Source: Paraspadella gotoi
Lineage: Eukaryota > Animalia > Chaetognatha
Direction of reading: 5' to 3'
DNA: 64,000 nucleotides
NCBI GenBank assembly: GCA_051294375.1
Contig: CM119269.1
Span: 21,732,434-21,796,433, forward strand
In this document: piece by piece, positions 39,101 through 52,000 of the stretch
Layout: each line of letters starts with the position of its first letter
Numbering within the stretch: the first letter of the stretch is position 1
Position numbers and translations under genes: made by a program
The notes under the pieces: generated by a model
Told to the model about the DNA's origin: nothing
What the model saw: the letters and a program-made list of their open reading frames with translations, nothing else
Databases searched by the model: none

Positions 39101-40963
39101 GATGTCGGACCAAATAGAAGGAGCGGACGTACTCTATGTGATGTCAGATCCGACTCGTCGCCAAAGCCAGAATCCACAGCGTCAGATTCCAACTTTCGTG
39201 TTTCTGTTATTCTCATGGTCGTTATTCTTTCATTTTCCACATTCGTGCGATTCTCTATCTCTCGTGCGATTTATCCATCTTTGTTCTTTCTCTGTGATGT
39301 TCCATCGTCTCCTACCTCGATTCTTACCGTCCTTTCTTTCCTTTCCGTTTCTGTCGTCGTTTTGCATTTCTCTTTTATCTTTCTTTCTCTTTCGTTTTAG
39401 AGGCTTTCGCTCCGCTGCTGCCTGATATGTGTTGAGGAGATTCCGTTTCGTTTTTGGCTTGTGCGCCAACGCAAGACAGCACCGCTTGTAGAAATGTTAA
39501 GCCTTTCTGATCGCGCTCTCAGCCTTTTTTTTTGTCTTTTTTTGTTTTTTTCCTTTCCTTTTTTCTTTTTTTTATTTTGGGTTGTGTATTAATATATGGT
39601 TAGAGAAGTGTGTGATATTATCTTTGAATGTTCCTTGTTCTCTCTCTGTATTAATAATCCGTGAAAGATATATGTTTATTTTTTTTTTTTTTTTTATGGG
39701 TTGGTGTGGGGTTTTAAATTAATTCTTTGTGTGTTCCGCTGTTGCATCTGTTCGTTCGACCGTCACTTTTAAGTCGTATCGTCATGTTGTCTCTGGTCTG
39801 AGATATATTTAGAGTATGATCTTGTTGTTCACTTTTGTTATGCAGTATGGTAAATAATGTTAGTGTTTTTTTGAAAGTAAAATATTATGATGTAAAAATG
39901 TTTTTGTTTTAGAAATTTATTTATATGTTAGAATAGAGAGATATAATGAAATAATATATTTTGAATAAGTGTTGATAGGTAGTAGGTGTTTCTCTTAGAT
40001 TAGATGTTGTATATAGATATTTTTGTATTCTTTGAAAATGATTATATATATAATATTTTTTCTTTTATGAGTTATTTTTTATTTAACTCTCTCCTTTTAT
40101 ACTCTCTCATAAATATTTGATTTCGTTTTGGATTTATTTATTTCTCTATTCTCTATACCTCTATGATATCTCTATATTCATCTACAATTTTTTTCTGTTG
40201 CTTTTAAATCGATGTCTCTTAAAATAAATAAACGCTAATATTAATAACCATTTTGCTATTTTTATTTTTCTTTCTAACAATAGTACCTCTCTCTTGCTCT
40301 GTGTTTCAGCTTTTCTCCTGAAAAATATCCCTTAGTTTGCTGGCTGATAACTCATTTCCTTTTTTTTTGACTTATTTCTTATTTTTTTTTTTTTGTATTT
40401 GGCCTATTGAATAAATTTTTTGTTTTTTATTTCATATTTCTCTTTTTATTCTTTTTTTTTTTTATTATTTTTTTTTTTTTCATTATTTTTTATGTCGTTT
40501 TATTTTTTTTTTTTTTTTTGTTTTATTGTGTTTTTTTTTTTTTTTTTTTATTTTTTTTTTTATTTTTTTTTTTTTTTTTGTTTTTTTTTTTTTTTTTTTT
40601 TCTATTTTTTATTGTTTTTCTGTTATTTTTTTTCTCTTGTTTTTTCTTTTTTTTATTTTTTTACCACATTTATTATTCTTCTTTTTTTTTTTTTTTATAT
40701 TTATATTTTTTTTACTTTTTTTTTTTGTTTATTTTTTTTTTTTTTTTGTCTCTTTTTTTCTTTTTGATTTTTTTTTTTCGCCTTTTATTTTTTTTTTTTT
40801 TTATATATTTTATTATTTTGTTTTTTTTTTGTTTTTTTTTTGTTTTCTGTTTTCTTGTCTTTTTGTTTTTTTTTTTCTTTTTTATTCTTTTTTTTTTCCA
40901 TAATGTTTTTTTTTTTATTTCTTTTTTTTTTTATTTTTCTTTACAGGGTATATAAATGTTGTA

Positions 40964-41019
<56 letters not shown>

Positions 41020-41231
41020 TTTATTTTGTTTATTTTTTTTGTTTTTAAGTGCGATGGTTTTGCGTGTTATTTTGCTTGTTGTGTTATTTTTTTTGTTGTG
41101 TTAAAAGTTGTTTGTTTTTATAGGAATGGTTGTTATCGTATTATTTTTGGTTTATATCTTTTGTGTTGGTTATGTTTGCCTATGTGAGTTCTCGTTGTGA
41201 TTTATTTTTATTTTTTTTTTTTTTTTTTTTT

Positions 41232-41297
<66 letters not shown>

Positions 41298-41403
41298 TCC
41301 TTTTTTTTATTTTTTTCTTTATTTTATCTTTGTGTTTTTTTATTATTTTTTTTTTCTTTTTTTTTTTTCTTTATTTTTTTTTCCTTTTTTTTTTTTTTTT
41401 TTT

Positions 41404-41450
<47 letters not shown>

Positions 41451-41453
41451 TCT

Positions 41454-41486
<33 letters not shown>

Positions 41487-41525
41487 TTTTTTTTTCTTTT
41501 TTTTTTTTCTTATTTTTTTCATTTT

Positions 41526-41578
<53 letters not shown>

Positions 41579-41629
41579 CCTTTTTGTTTATTTTTTCTTT
41601 TCCTTTTTTTTTTTTGGTTTTTTCCTTTT
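33170..41629. other. Very low-quality sequence ending in a poly-T artefact (40380-41629)
   Basis: 37060-37330 is a degraded copy of 43330-43560; the sequence then decays into >1 kb of almost pure T next to an N gap. Confidence 0.8.
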
Positions 41630-41832
41630 NNNNNNNNNNNNNNNNNNNNNNNNNGTCAACCGAAATTCTCCCTCAACTTAATCCGAGTCTTTGGCCTCAT
41701 TTTCCTTCACATCTATTTTCTCCGCCTCCTCCTCCTCCTCCTTTACGCCTCCCCTCCCCTCTCCGCCCCCTCCCCCTTTTCTTATCCCGTCCGCTCCCGA
41801 AGTCTCGCGAACCCTTCCGCGACATTTCCGCT

Positions 41833-41863
<31 letters not shown>

Positions 41864-41865
41864 CT

Positions 41866-41898
<33 letters not shown>

Positions 41899-42455
41899 TT
41901 CTTGCTTTTCTCTCTTTCTTCTTTCTTTCTTTCTTTCTTTCTTTCTTTTTTCTTTCTTTTCTTTCTTCTTTCTTTCTTTCTTTCTTTCTTTTTTTCTTTC
42001 TTGCCTTCCTTTTCTCTCTTTCTTTTTCTTTCTTTTTTTCTATCCTATTTTCTTTTTTTCTCGCTGGATCGCTTTTTTCTCTTCGCCTCTCTGTCTCTAA
42101 TACACTTACTCTATCTGCTACATCGCTCGTCTTGTATTCCTATTTAATTCCCTCGCTTCTTTTCTCGTTCCTCCTTTTTAATCATTGAGTCTCAAACGAC
42201 GATCGACATGTTTTTTTCCGTTCCCTATTAAGCAAAGTCGCAGCATGAGAAAAGAAATATATATGTAATGTGATGTTTTAAATAAATATTTGAAAATTAT
42301 GACAAATAGGTTAATAATATTTTATTTATATTTTTTTCTGATATTTTTCTATACTAGATCTTTAGGTCTTCTTAGCATGATCCAAATTTAATAAAAAATT
42401 TCATGCATTGCATTTATTACATACATATTACAGGGACCTGGCCATTAAAGTGATG

Positions 42456-44043
42456 GGGATTGAGAAAGAGAGAGGAAAGGACAGGAGAGGAGAGAGGCTA
42501 AAGGAGCAAAAAGATAGGGAAAGGAGAGAGGGTTAAAAGAAAGGAAAAAGAAAGAAAAAGTAGAGAGGTTAAATGAAGGAAAAAGATAGGAAAAGGAGAG
42601 AGAGATTAAATGGAGGAAAAAGATAGGAAAAGGAGAGAGGTTAAATGGAGGAAAATGGATAAAGAGAGAGAAGTTAATTGGAGGAAAAAAATAGGAAAAG
42701 GATAGAGAGGTTAAAAGAAGCAAAAAATAGGGAAAAGAGAGAGGTTAGACGAGCAGAGAGATAGGGAAAGGAGAGAGGTTAAGAGGAGGAAAAAGATAGA
42801 GAAAGGAGAAATGTTAAAAAGAGAAAGAAGAACGAAAAGGAAAGTAGCAGAAGAAAAAAAAGATAAAAGAGTCAACAGAAGAGAGGAGCAATTTTGAAGG
42901 ACTCAAGAGAAGGATAAGGAGCAAATGAAAGGAGCAACAGAGAAAAAAGTTTAAGGAGCGATAAAATTAGATAGGAGCTTAAGAAAAAGGTAGGTTAAGG
43001 TAGCGAAAGAAGAGTAGATGAGAAAAGAAAAAGGAGGAAAGTAAGGTTCATTGACCCGGCGTTTCTGAAACTTAAAACTGATAAACCAAAGTGGAAAAAG
43101 AAGAGATCCTTGAATATTGGGAATTATGTATTGGCATATGTTCATATTTACATTATTATGATAGAGAAAGAATGAAGAGGAGATAGGAAAGAATGAAGAG
43201 GAGATTTTTCTTATCTCTCTTCATTCTTGTCCTATTCCTTTTCATTCTTTCCTATCCTCCATTCTTCATCTTCTTTTCTTCCTATCTCCTCTTCATTCTT
43301 TCCTATGTCCTTCATCTTCCTTCTCCCTTCATTCTTCCTATCTTCCTATTCTTCCTATCTCCTCTTCATTCTTTCTCTATCATAATATGTAAATATGAAA
43401 TATCCAATACATAATTCCAATATTCAAGGATCTCTTCTTTTCACTTTGGTTTATCAGTTTTAAGTTTCAGAACGCGGGTCATGAACCTTACTTTCCTCCT
43501 TTTCTTTTTCTATTAACTCTTTCTTTCGCTACCTTAACCTACTTTTCTTAGCCTATCTAATTTTTATCGTCTGAAACTTTTTTCCTTGTTGCTCCTTTCA
43601 TTTGTTCCTTATCCTTCTCTTGAGTCCTTCAAATTGCTCCTCTCTTCTGTTGACTCTTTTATCTTTTTTTTTCTTCTGCTACTTTCCTTTTCGTTCTTCT
43701 TTCTCTTTTAACATTTCTCCTTCTCATCTTTTCCTCCTCTTACCTCTCTCCTTTCCTATCTCTCTGCTCGTCTAACCTCTCTCTTTTCCCTATTTTTGCT
43801 TCTTTTAACCTCTATCCTTTTCCTATTTTTTTCCTCAATAACTTCTCTCTCTTTATCCATTTCCTCATTTAACCTCTCTCTTTCCTATCTTTTCCTCCAT
43901 TAATCTCTCTCTCCTTTTCCTATCTTTTCCTTCATTTAACCTCTTACTTTTTCTTTCTTTTTTCTTTCTTACCCTCTCTCCTTTCCCTTTTTTTGCTCCT
44001 TTAGCCTCTCTCTCTCTGTCCTTTCCTCTTCTTTCTCAATCCC
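42456..44043. repeat. Local fold-back centred at ~43205, flanked by a direct duplication (41655-42455 = 44044-44773)
   Basis: 42456-43200 is the reverse complement of ~43210-44043; the first ~330 bp of the two direct copies appear identical. Confidence 0.85.
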
Positions 44044-44221
44044 GTCAACCGAAATTCTCCCTCAACTTAATCCGAGTCTTTGGCCTCATTTTCCTTCACA
44101 TCTATTTTCTCCGCCTCCTCCTCCTCCTCCTTTACGCCTCCCCTCCCCTCTCCGCCCCCTCCCCCTTTTCTTATCCCGTCCGCTCCCGAAGTCTCGCGAA
44201 CCCTTCCGCGACATTTCCGCT

Positions 44222-44252
<31 letters not shown>

Positions 44253-44254
44253 CT

Positions 44255-44287
<33 letters not shown>

Positions 44288-44798
44288 TTCTTGCTTTTCT
44301 CTCTTTCTTCTTTCTTTCTTTCTTTCTTTCTTTCTTTTTTCTTTCTTTTCTTTCTTCTTTCTTTCTTTCTTTCTTTCTTTTTTTCTTTCTTCTTTTTTCC
44401 CTTCTTTTCTTTCTTTTTTTCTACCTATTTTCTTTTTTCTCGCTATCCTTTTTCTGTCCTCTCTGTCTCTAATACACTTAACTCTATCTCTACTCGCTCG
44501 TCTTTATTCCTTTAATTCTCTTCTTTCTCTTCCTCCTTTTTAATTCATGAGTCTCAAAACGACGTCGACTGTTTTTCCTCTTTAAGCAAAGTCGCGCTAA
44601 AAAGAAATATATATGTAATGTATTTTTAAATAAATATTTGATATGACAAAAGTTATAATATTTTATTTATATTTTTCATATTTTTATCTAGATCTTTAGG
44701 TCTTCTACATTCCAAATTTAATAAAAAATTTCTTCATTGCATACATCATACAGGGACTGCCATTAAAGTGATGNNNNNNNNNNNNNNNNNNNNNNNNN

Positions 44799-46086
44799 GA
44801 ATGAAGAGGAGATAGGAAAGAATGAAGAGGAGATAGGACAAAAAGAGAGAAAGAGTAAAATCTAAAAAAGAGAAAAGAAAATTGGAAAAAAGATTCGAAT
44901 TTTAAAATTTAGGAGAAACAGAAGAGAGAGAAAAGGGAGTAAAAGGAGAGAAAGGGAGGAAAGAGAAAAGAAAAGAAAAGAAAAGAAAGGAAACAATAGA
45001 TTATTTGGTGAAGAGAGGAAAGATGGGTTATATTTCGGAAAATAAAAAAGGAAACTGAAAAGTTAAAAGTAAAAACAAATTATCTGGAAGTGAAACGAGG
45101 AAAAGAAAGCATAAAATAACTAATAAGTAATAACATTCAAAAGTAAAAGTACGTAGTTATTAATACGCAAAAAATTATGACTAAAAAAAAAAGAACTGTG
45201 TGTTTCGCCGCAACTTTATTTTCACTTTCTTTGCCGATGAAATTGGTACAACCGTACAACTAATAAATTAACTATCTTTGGACAGGCTTTGGTGGTTTAA
45301 GGCCTCCATCACTCTTACAAGATAATGACATAGCAGGTCCCTGCAAGCTTTCAATCAAGACTCTCTCACAGTCTTATTTATTTACTCCCAGAATACCTGG
45401 CTTCCCTATCAATGAAGTGGTATAATATTTCAAAGAATGTTTCAATTGTATGTAATTATTGTGTGTAGGTATTGTGTGTGTATTTCCTGAAGGCGGCGCT
45501 AGCCTTCCCTTAGATTTTTTTTTCTGTCTTGGCAAATGAGCAAGCAACTTTAGGCAAATTATATGCATTTTTAACGTGAGTAAGACAGACAGATGGACAG
45601 ACATACCGACCTACCGACAGACCGACCAAAAAGTGACTTATAGAGTTGCTCCGCGAGTACTCGCGGCGCAACAAAGAAACATTTTTACAGAATAATCATT
45701 TTGTGTAGAAAAAGACAGAAAGAGAGAAAGAGAAAGAGAGAAAGAGAGAAAAAGAGAGAAAAGTCAAATAAACTTTGAGGTTAAATGAAACCTTATTAAA
45801 CTCTAAGTCAATTTAATTGAACCCTGATTGAACCCTAAGTCAATTTAATTGAACCCTGATTAAACCCCAAGTCCATTTAACTTAACCCTTTCATTTATTT
45901 CTCTTATAAAAACTTTGCTAAATATTTGTCTAAACTGAAGACAAAACCTTTTTCCTCTTCTTTCTCTCTCAACCCGATTCTCACTGTCACTCTCACTCTC
46001 ACTTCCCGCTTCACCGCCTTTCATCTCTCTCTCTATCCTCTTCTTTCGTCTTTCATCTCTCNNNNNNNNNNNNNNNNNNNNNNNNN

Positions 46087-46124
<38 letters not shown>

Positions 46125-46274
46125 CTCTTCTGTCTCTCTCTCTCTCTCACTCGTTCTCTCCCAAGCAATGATTAGCGGAAAAACATTTCGTTAAAATCTT
46201 CGCGTGAAACAAAAAAAAAATCCAAAGAGTCTCTCTCTCTCTCTCCTCTCTCTCTCTCTGTCTCTGCTCTCCTC

Positions 46275-46312
<38 letters not shown>

Positions 46313-46489
46313 TCCGTCCCCCTCGTTGCCTCCTTCTTTCGATCAGATTTAAACCGCCTTTCACTCTTTCTCTCGACTTCACAATTCTCTCCCACTTCAA
46401 CCTTTTTTTTTCTCATCATTCACACACACATTTCACCTCTCTTCTTCACCGCCTTCTCATCCTGCCTCTATCCCTATTCTCTCTCTCTC

Positions 46490-46536
<47 letters not shown>

Positions 46537-46939
46537 CTCTCTCTTCTCTCTCTCTTTCTCTTCCCTCCAATTTCTCACCAAATTCCCTATGAATTTTTTT
46601 AACAAAAAAAAAGATTTTTTAAAAAATCCGCCGCCCGACACGCTTCCTACGCCGGTTCATGCTACGCCACGCGTCTCGTGACACGATACGCAAGCTCCAC
46701 GCTACGTGACATGCTCCGCAGTCTTTCTCTCAATCTCCGCGTCGGATCTCAACAGCAACATCCAACTACAGCCAACTCACCGCTTATCAAACAGCAACAT
46801 CCAATTATAGCGACTCTCCTCGTATCACACAGCAACATCACAACTACAGCAACATCCAACTAGACCAGACTCTGCCGAACGTGTTTTAACGATAGACCTT
46901 TTTAGCTTTTGGGACTTTTTCTTCGTCGTAAGGTAGTTT

Positions 46940-46975
<36 letters not shown>

Positions 46976-47738
46976 CCCTCTCTCTCTTCTTCTCTTCTCT
47001 CTCTCTCTCTCCATCTCTATCTCTCACGCTGAGTGATTTAGATAAAAAGTGGCAGTGGATCCACGGCGATGATTAATTCCTGAGAAACATTATCGTCTTG
47101 AGGTTGAGTTCCCTCAGCAACTAACTTTCAATCATATCGTCGAATTTCATAAAAGGCTGAAAAGCGACCGCCAAATATTTCCACTTCTGAAAGAGAAAGT
47201 TCTTCTACTTAAGTTAAGGAAGCAAGAAAGCAATTCGTCGCAGTTACGTATTTGGAGAAATGGGAGGAAAGTTTAATGAATCATCTGAAATGATAAATGA
47301 TATCTTGTTTGTTAATTAATGATGGTGATAATAAAACTGTTACCATCGCGGTCAGACTAAATTTGGTTTCCCCTCATTTACACCACTCGAGAGGATACTC
47401 CTCGTTCTATCCGTTTAACAGGCGTACGGACTAAGGCGTAGTAAAATTCTAAATTTAACTTTAATTAAAATTCTAAAAGTGAGGAATGAAGAACATTATA
47501 CTAATGAACATTTTATATAATAAAAAAATTATAATAAAATTTTACAATTTTACGCAGTAGGCCATATTACTTATTATACTAAACCAATAAATGTTAAAAA
47601 TTTCAAACAGTTTTTTCTAAGATTTTTTGGTGCAGATTTGATTCGTCAATAAAAAAGTTGATAAAAAAGAAATATAATTCTTTTTGTAAAAATTCTAATT
47701 CATTAAGTGGGTCAAAAATTAAGAAAAAGCTATATTTT
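44799..47738. repeat. Right arm (distal part) of the large inverted duplication
   Basis: Reverse complement of 18300-21490. Confidence 0.9.
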
Positions 47739-47940
47739 AACTGAAAATTTAACTTTTTATATATTAAATTAGTTTTTTTATAATTTGTTAAGCCCAACTT
47801 AATGAAAGAATTTTAAAAAATGATTTATTTTTTTTATCAAACTTTGACGAGGAATTCAAATCTGAATAAAATTAAGAAAAGCTATTTTGGAAATTTTTTC
47901 GATTATTATAAGGATGTAACTATATATTATATAGCCTACT
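47556..47940. mobile_element. AT-rich palindromic MITE-like element related to 2628-3025
   Basis: Ends agtaggccatat ... atatagcctact; internal inverted blocks aaagttgataaaaaag/ttttatcaaacttt and ttcattaagt/acttaatgaa. Confidence 0.55.
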
Positions 47941-48472
47941 TCGAAAATAAAAAGCATAAAATTTTTTTTTTTTTTTTAACAAATTAATGTATCACTGATG
48001 GTATGATGTTCAAATGTGACTTTTAGGAAATTTTCGTATTGTAACTTTCCACACTACGTCTTAGATGGGACTACATTGACGCTTACAGCGCCATCAACCG
48101 TCTTTTCCACTTTCTCTCTCTCACTGTCATCGCCATTCTCCCTTTTTTCCACAGTCACGCGGACGTCGACCGGCGGGGGAATTTTTTTGGCGTCAATTTC
48201 GACTGAATTATTTCTAATCCTCGTCACTTTTTTTTTGTTTTTGTCATGCCACTTTCTGATTCTTTATGGTCCCTCATCGCTGTCGTTTTTGTCATATAAT
48301 TGAATTTCATTCATCTAATCTTATTTATTCTCTTTTAAATGTTCTGTCGTTTTCTACTTTACAACCGTGAGTGCTCTTTCATTGCGTAAAGACGTGTGTT
48401 TTAAGGACTCTCCTCTCCATTCTCGTCTCGCTCTCGGGTCGCTCTCTCTCTCTCTTTCATTACGACAAGGCG

Positions 48473-48850
48473 TTAAAACTTCCACAAATTGGATCCCGTC
48501 GCATCGAAGTCTAAATTGATCGAAGGTAAAAAGAAATTGAGATGAGTTCGAAATTTGGGGGCCAGAGAGGAACTGCGCCGGTGGCACTTGGACCCGGCGA
48601 TAAAAGGCGCCGGGCAAGTAAAATTTGTCCGCGCCAGCATGTAAAGAGCTGTGATAAGGTCAGCTGAGAAGCGAAAATTATGGCTTGTGAGAAGCGGAAT
48701 TTGTTTGTACAAGAGCTGGCCTGTGATCACGATGTAGAATAAGGCGAGGCAGGGCAGTGAGAAGTGAAATCGGAGGCCAACGTGAGAGCGATCGGGCGCA
48801 CGTTGATACACGAAGCCGGGCACGAGGGATGCGTCAGGCAGAATAAACAA
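48473..48850 (-). CDS. Possible class-A GPCR fragment (TM5-TM7) or other membrane protein
   Basis: 125-aa complex ORF with FSLPCLALFYIVITGQLL (TM5-like), MLARTNFTCPAPF (FxCxxP, TM6-like) and HLNFFL (TM7 NFFLY-like). Motifs are imperfect. Confidence 0.35.
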   Translation of the reverse strand: MFILPDASLVPGFVYQRAPDRSHVGLRFHFSLPCLALFYIVITGQLLYKQIPLLTSHNFRFSADLITALYMLARTNFTCPAPFIAGSKCHRRSSSLAPKFRTHLNFFLPSINLDFDATGSNLWKF

Positions 48851-49164
48851 ATGGTAAGGAGATATCAGGTTGAGTGTTCAAGGAAGAGAGGTAAGCGAAA
48901 CAGCAGGAGTGGGAACTATATTCCAAAAGTGACAGATTTCGATAAAAATTGCATGAATTAAAAAACATTTTTAGGTTAAAAAATTAGCGAGGAATATCCA
49001 GACGGATGGCCGTAGTGAAGAGGAAGTAAGGATTATTCAGGAGAATGGGCAGCATGCCAGTGGGCTTCCTCGCGAGGATTACCTTCCTGGTCGAGGAGGT
49101 TTGGAAATAAAATAAAAAAAAAAAAAAAAATTAAAAAACGGAAGATGGAGGGTGATCGATTATG

Positions 49165-49425
49165 TAGGGGTGAGGTTAGGAATTAGGGTTGTGGGTGAGT
49201 TAGGGTATTTGTTTAAATATTTGGTTTAGGATTAAGTCAAGGGGATTCAAGGTTTAGGATAGGCGAAATAAGTTAGGTATCGAGTTAGTGATTTGGGATT
49301 AGGGTTAAGAATTAGGTTAAGGTATAGGTTTAGTAATTTATAAAAAATTAAGGTTAACATTGAATTTAAAAATTAAGTTTCAGGAAATAGGAACGCAAAT
49401 AGACGCTTTCAGAAAATAGTGCCAA
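49165..49425 (+). repeat. Degenerate TTAGGG tract plus one diverged 31-bp-array motif
   Basis: ggttagg/ttagggtt tract followed by acgcaaatagacgctttcagaaaatagtgcc. Confidence 0.6.
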
Positions 49426-50049
49426 AAATGCAAAGTTTTGGCCCGGGTGAGTGAAACGCGATAGGAAGTAAACTCAAGAAACGAAGCGAATTTATCTCAG
49501 TGGAAATTCCGAAATTCGAGCTTTCTAATCTCTCGTCTCCTCTCTCTCCTTCTCTCTCTCTCTTCTTCTCTCTCTGTTCTCGTTTATCCAACATTTTGTT
49601 CTGAATTAAAATTTTTTTCCCGCACAACTTTAATTACTTTCGGCCACAAGAGAGAAATTTGGTGATTTTAAACGTAATTCGTTTATTAATTTTTTAATTT
49701 TATTAATACTTCTTACTTTTCTTTAAAAACTTCCTTTTTTTGTTAAATTAACTTTCGGTTTTAAATTTGTCAGAACTTAGAAAGGATTGTTGACTCGAGA
49801 ATCGAGAATACACAAGTTTCGTTACTGAAAGTCATACCTGAAAATCCATGTTTCTTGGTCTTTTGCCCTATTATCAAATGATCCATTTGGATATTTTAAT
49901 AATGTGGAGAATTGTAAATGTGTTATTAAAATTTCCCAAAACTGGCCTCAAGAATATGTGATGCCGAATATAAATTATATGAACACTCATGGTGCAATGT
50001 AAACAACAACAACGAACGAAGAGAATGAAATCCAAAAGGAGGATGAGAC

Positions 50050-51560
50050 ATTAATTAAGAAGACGGACGATGACGACGAAGACAATGAAAACGACGACAA
50101 TAGAGACTATTAGACGAAGGTCCAAAGAGTGGTTTATGAAAACGACAACGAACGACAATGACGACATTAGTGACGACTACGACGATACCATCCGGGAAAA
50201 AGATAAGTCGACAGTAGTCAAACTGTTTTAGCGACGTATCATTTTCAAGATGGTAAAATAACATGATAAAAACTATGACAAAGTTTACAAAGTGTCGTTG
50301 AAACGACGACGACGATGAAGACGACGAAGAAGATAGCGACGAAGAGACGAGGAACTGAAGAACGACAGAAATGCGAAGAGGAGCGATGAAAAGCGCGAAG
50401 AAGACGATGGCGAAAGAAGACGAAGTGATGAAGACGATGAAGAAGACGTCGAAGAAGACGAATGAAGGACGAGAAGAGATCGAGAAGACGATGAAGAAGA
50501 ACGATGAAGACGACGAAGAGAAGAACGCGGAGACGACGAAGACGACGATGAAAGACGACGAAGAAGACGACGAAGAAGACGACTGAAGAGACGACGAGAA
50601 CATGAGTGAAGAACGACGATGAGAAAAACTACGACAAAGGTGCCAACGAGGGTTGGATGAAAACGACGACACGACGACAAATGAAGGACGAAGCGTTAAC
50701 GATGGCGACATGCAGATGAGATCTAGGTGAAACGATGAGAGAGGGAGAGAGACGACGTCGAGGTCGACCGATGAAGAACGACGACGGACAAAAACGATCG
50801 TTTTAAGGCAGAGTAAAATATGCGAGAATGAAAGCAATAAGGAACACTTACCGACGACGACGACGACGACGACGACGACCGACGACCGACACGACGACGA
50901 TAGACGACGACGACGGCAGATAACGAGAACCTGCGTCAATAGATTTTAATAGCAAAAACCTCAGGGAAAATATTTTTTTTTAACATCCACTAAATATTTA
51001 CAGTAATTAGGTAGAAACAAATAGATTTAAATAGTTTGATTCAACATCGTATTTTTAAGATCATAAAAACCCTAAAATATTTTTACATATTGAGTGACGT
51101 AAAAATTGTCATTTGACGACGACGACGACGACGACGACGAGACGACAAACAACGACGAAGAACAACAACAACAAAAAGAAGAAGGTGTGAACCTCTCAAA
51201 GATCGCAAGTTACGCCCGATGACTTATCACCGAGAGTGGTCTCACTCCGGAAAGGGTCACAAGATGTCTACGAGTTTCCAACCAAAGAGCAGACGATCAC
51301 GACGACAACGACGAAGAACGACGGCCACAAACAACCAAGATCAAAGAAAGGACCACAACGAGGAGGATGACGACAACAACCACAACAACCACGACAACAA
51401 CCACGAAGACCATGGAAGCGAAATTGACGACCAAAACGACAAAAACGAACAACGATTACGACGACAAAGACAAAGACAAAGCAACGACAACAACGCAGCT
51501 GAGTTGATGAACTCGATGACAAAGACAACGAAGACGAAGTCAAACTTTCTCTCGTTTTTC
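50050..51560 (+). repeat. (GAC/GAA/AAC)n low-complexity region
   Basis: Interleaved trinucleotide tracts with frequent indels; acidic coding potential cannot be judged. Confidence 0.7.
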
Positions 51561-51838
51561 AGCGAATGTGAATCTACGTGATTTTTAAAAGCCTTCGCTT
51601 TTGAAGATTAAAGTAAAGAGAAAAACGACTACTGCTAATATGAAACATCTTTCACTGTTAATTCAGAAAGAAGATTCATTAATTTTTAATTAGAAATTTT
51701 GTTAAATTAATAAATTGGGTATTACATGATTTAAACCAAGGATGTTCAGAAGAAAAAAACTAATAAAACAGGTTTTTTCCATTACATTTCTGAACATTAG
51801 AAAATGAACGCGTTTGAAAGGTAAAAATTTAAGAGAAC

Positions 51839-51913
<75 letters not shown>

Positions 51914-51924
51914 AAAGAGAAAAA

Positions 51925-52000
<76 letters not shown>

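Noticed and set aside
40380-41629. Long Phe-rich ORFs or a giant poly(A) tail
   Set aside because: Near-pure T tract beside a gap at the end of degrading sequence; a sequencing artefact.
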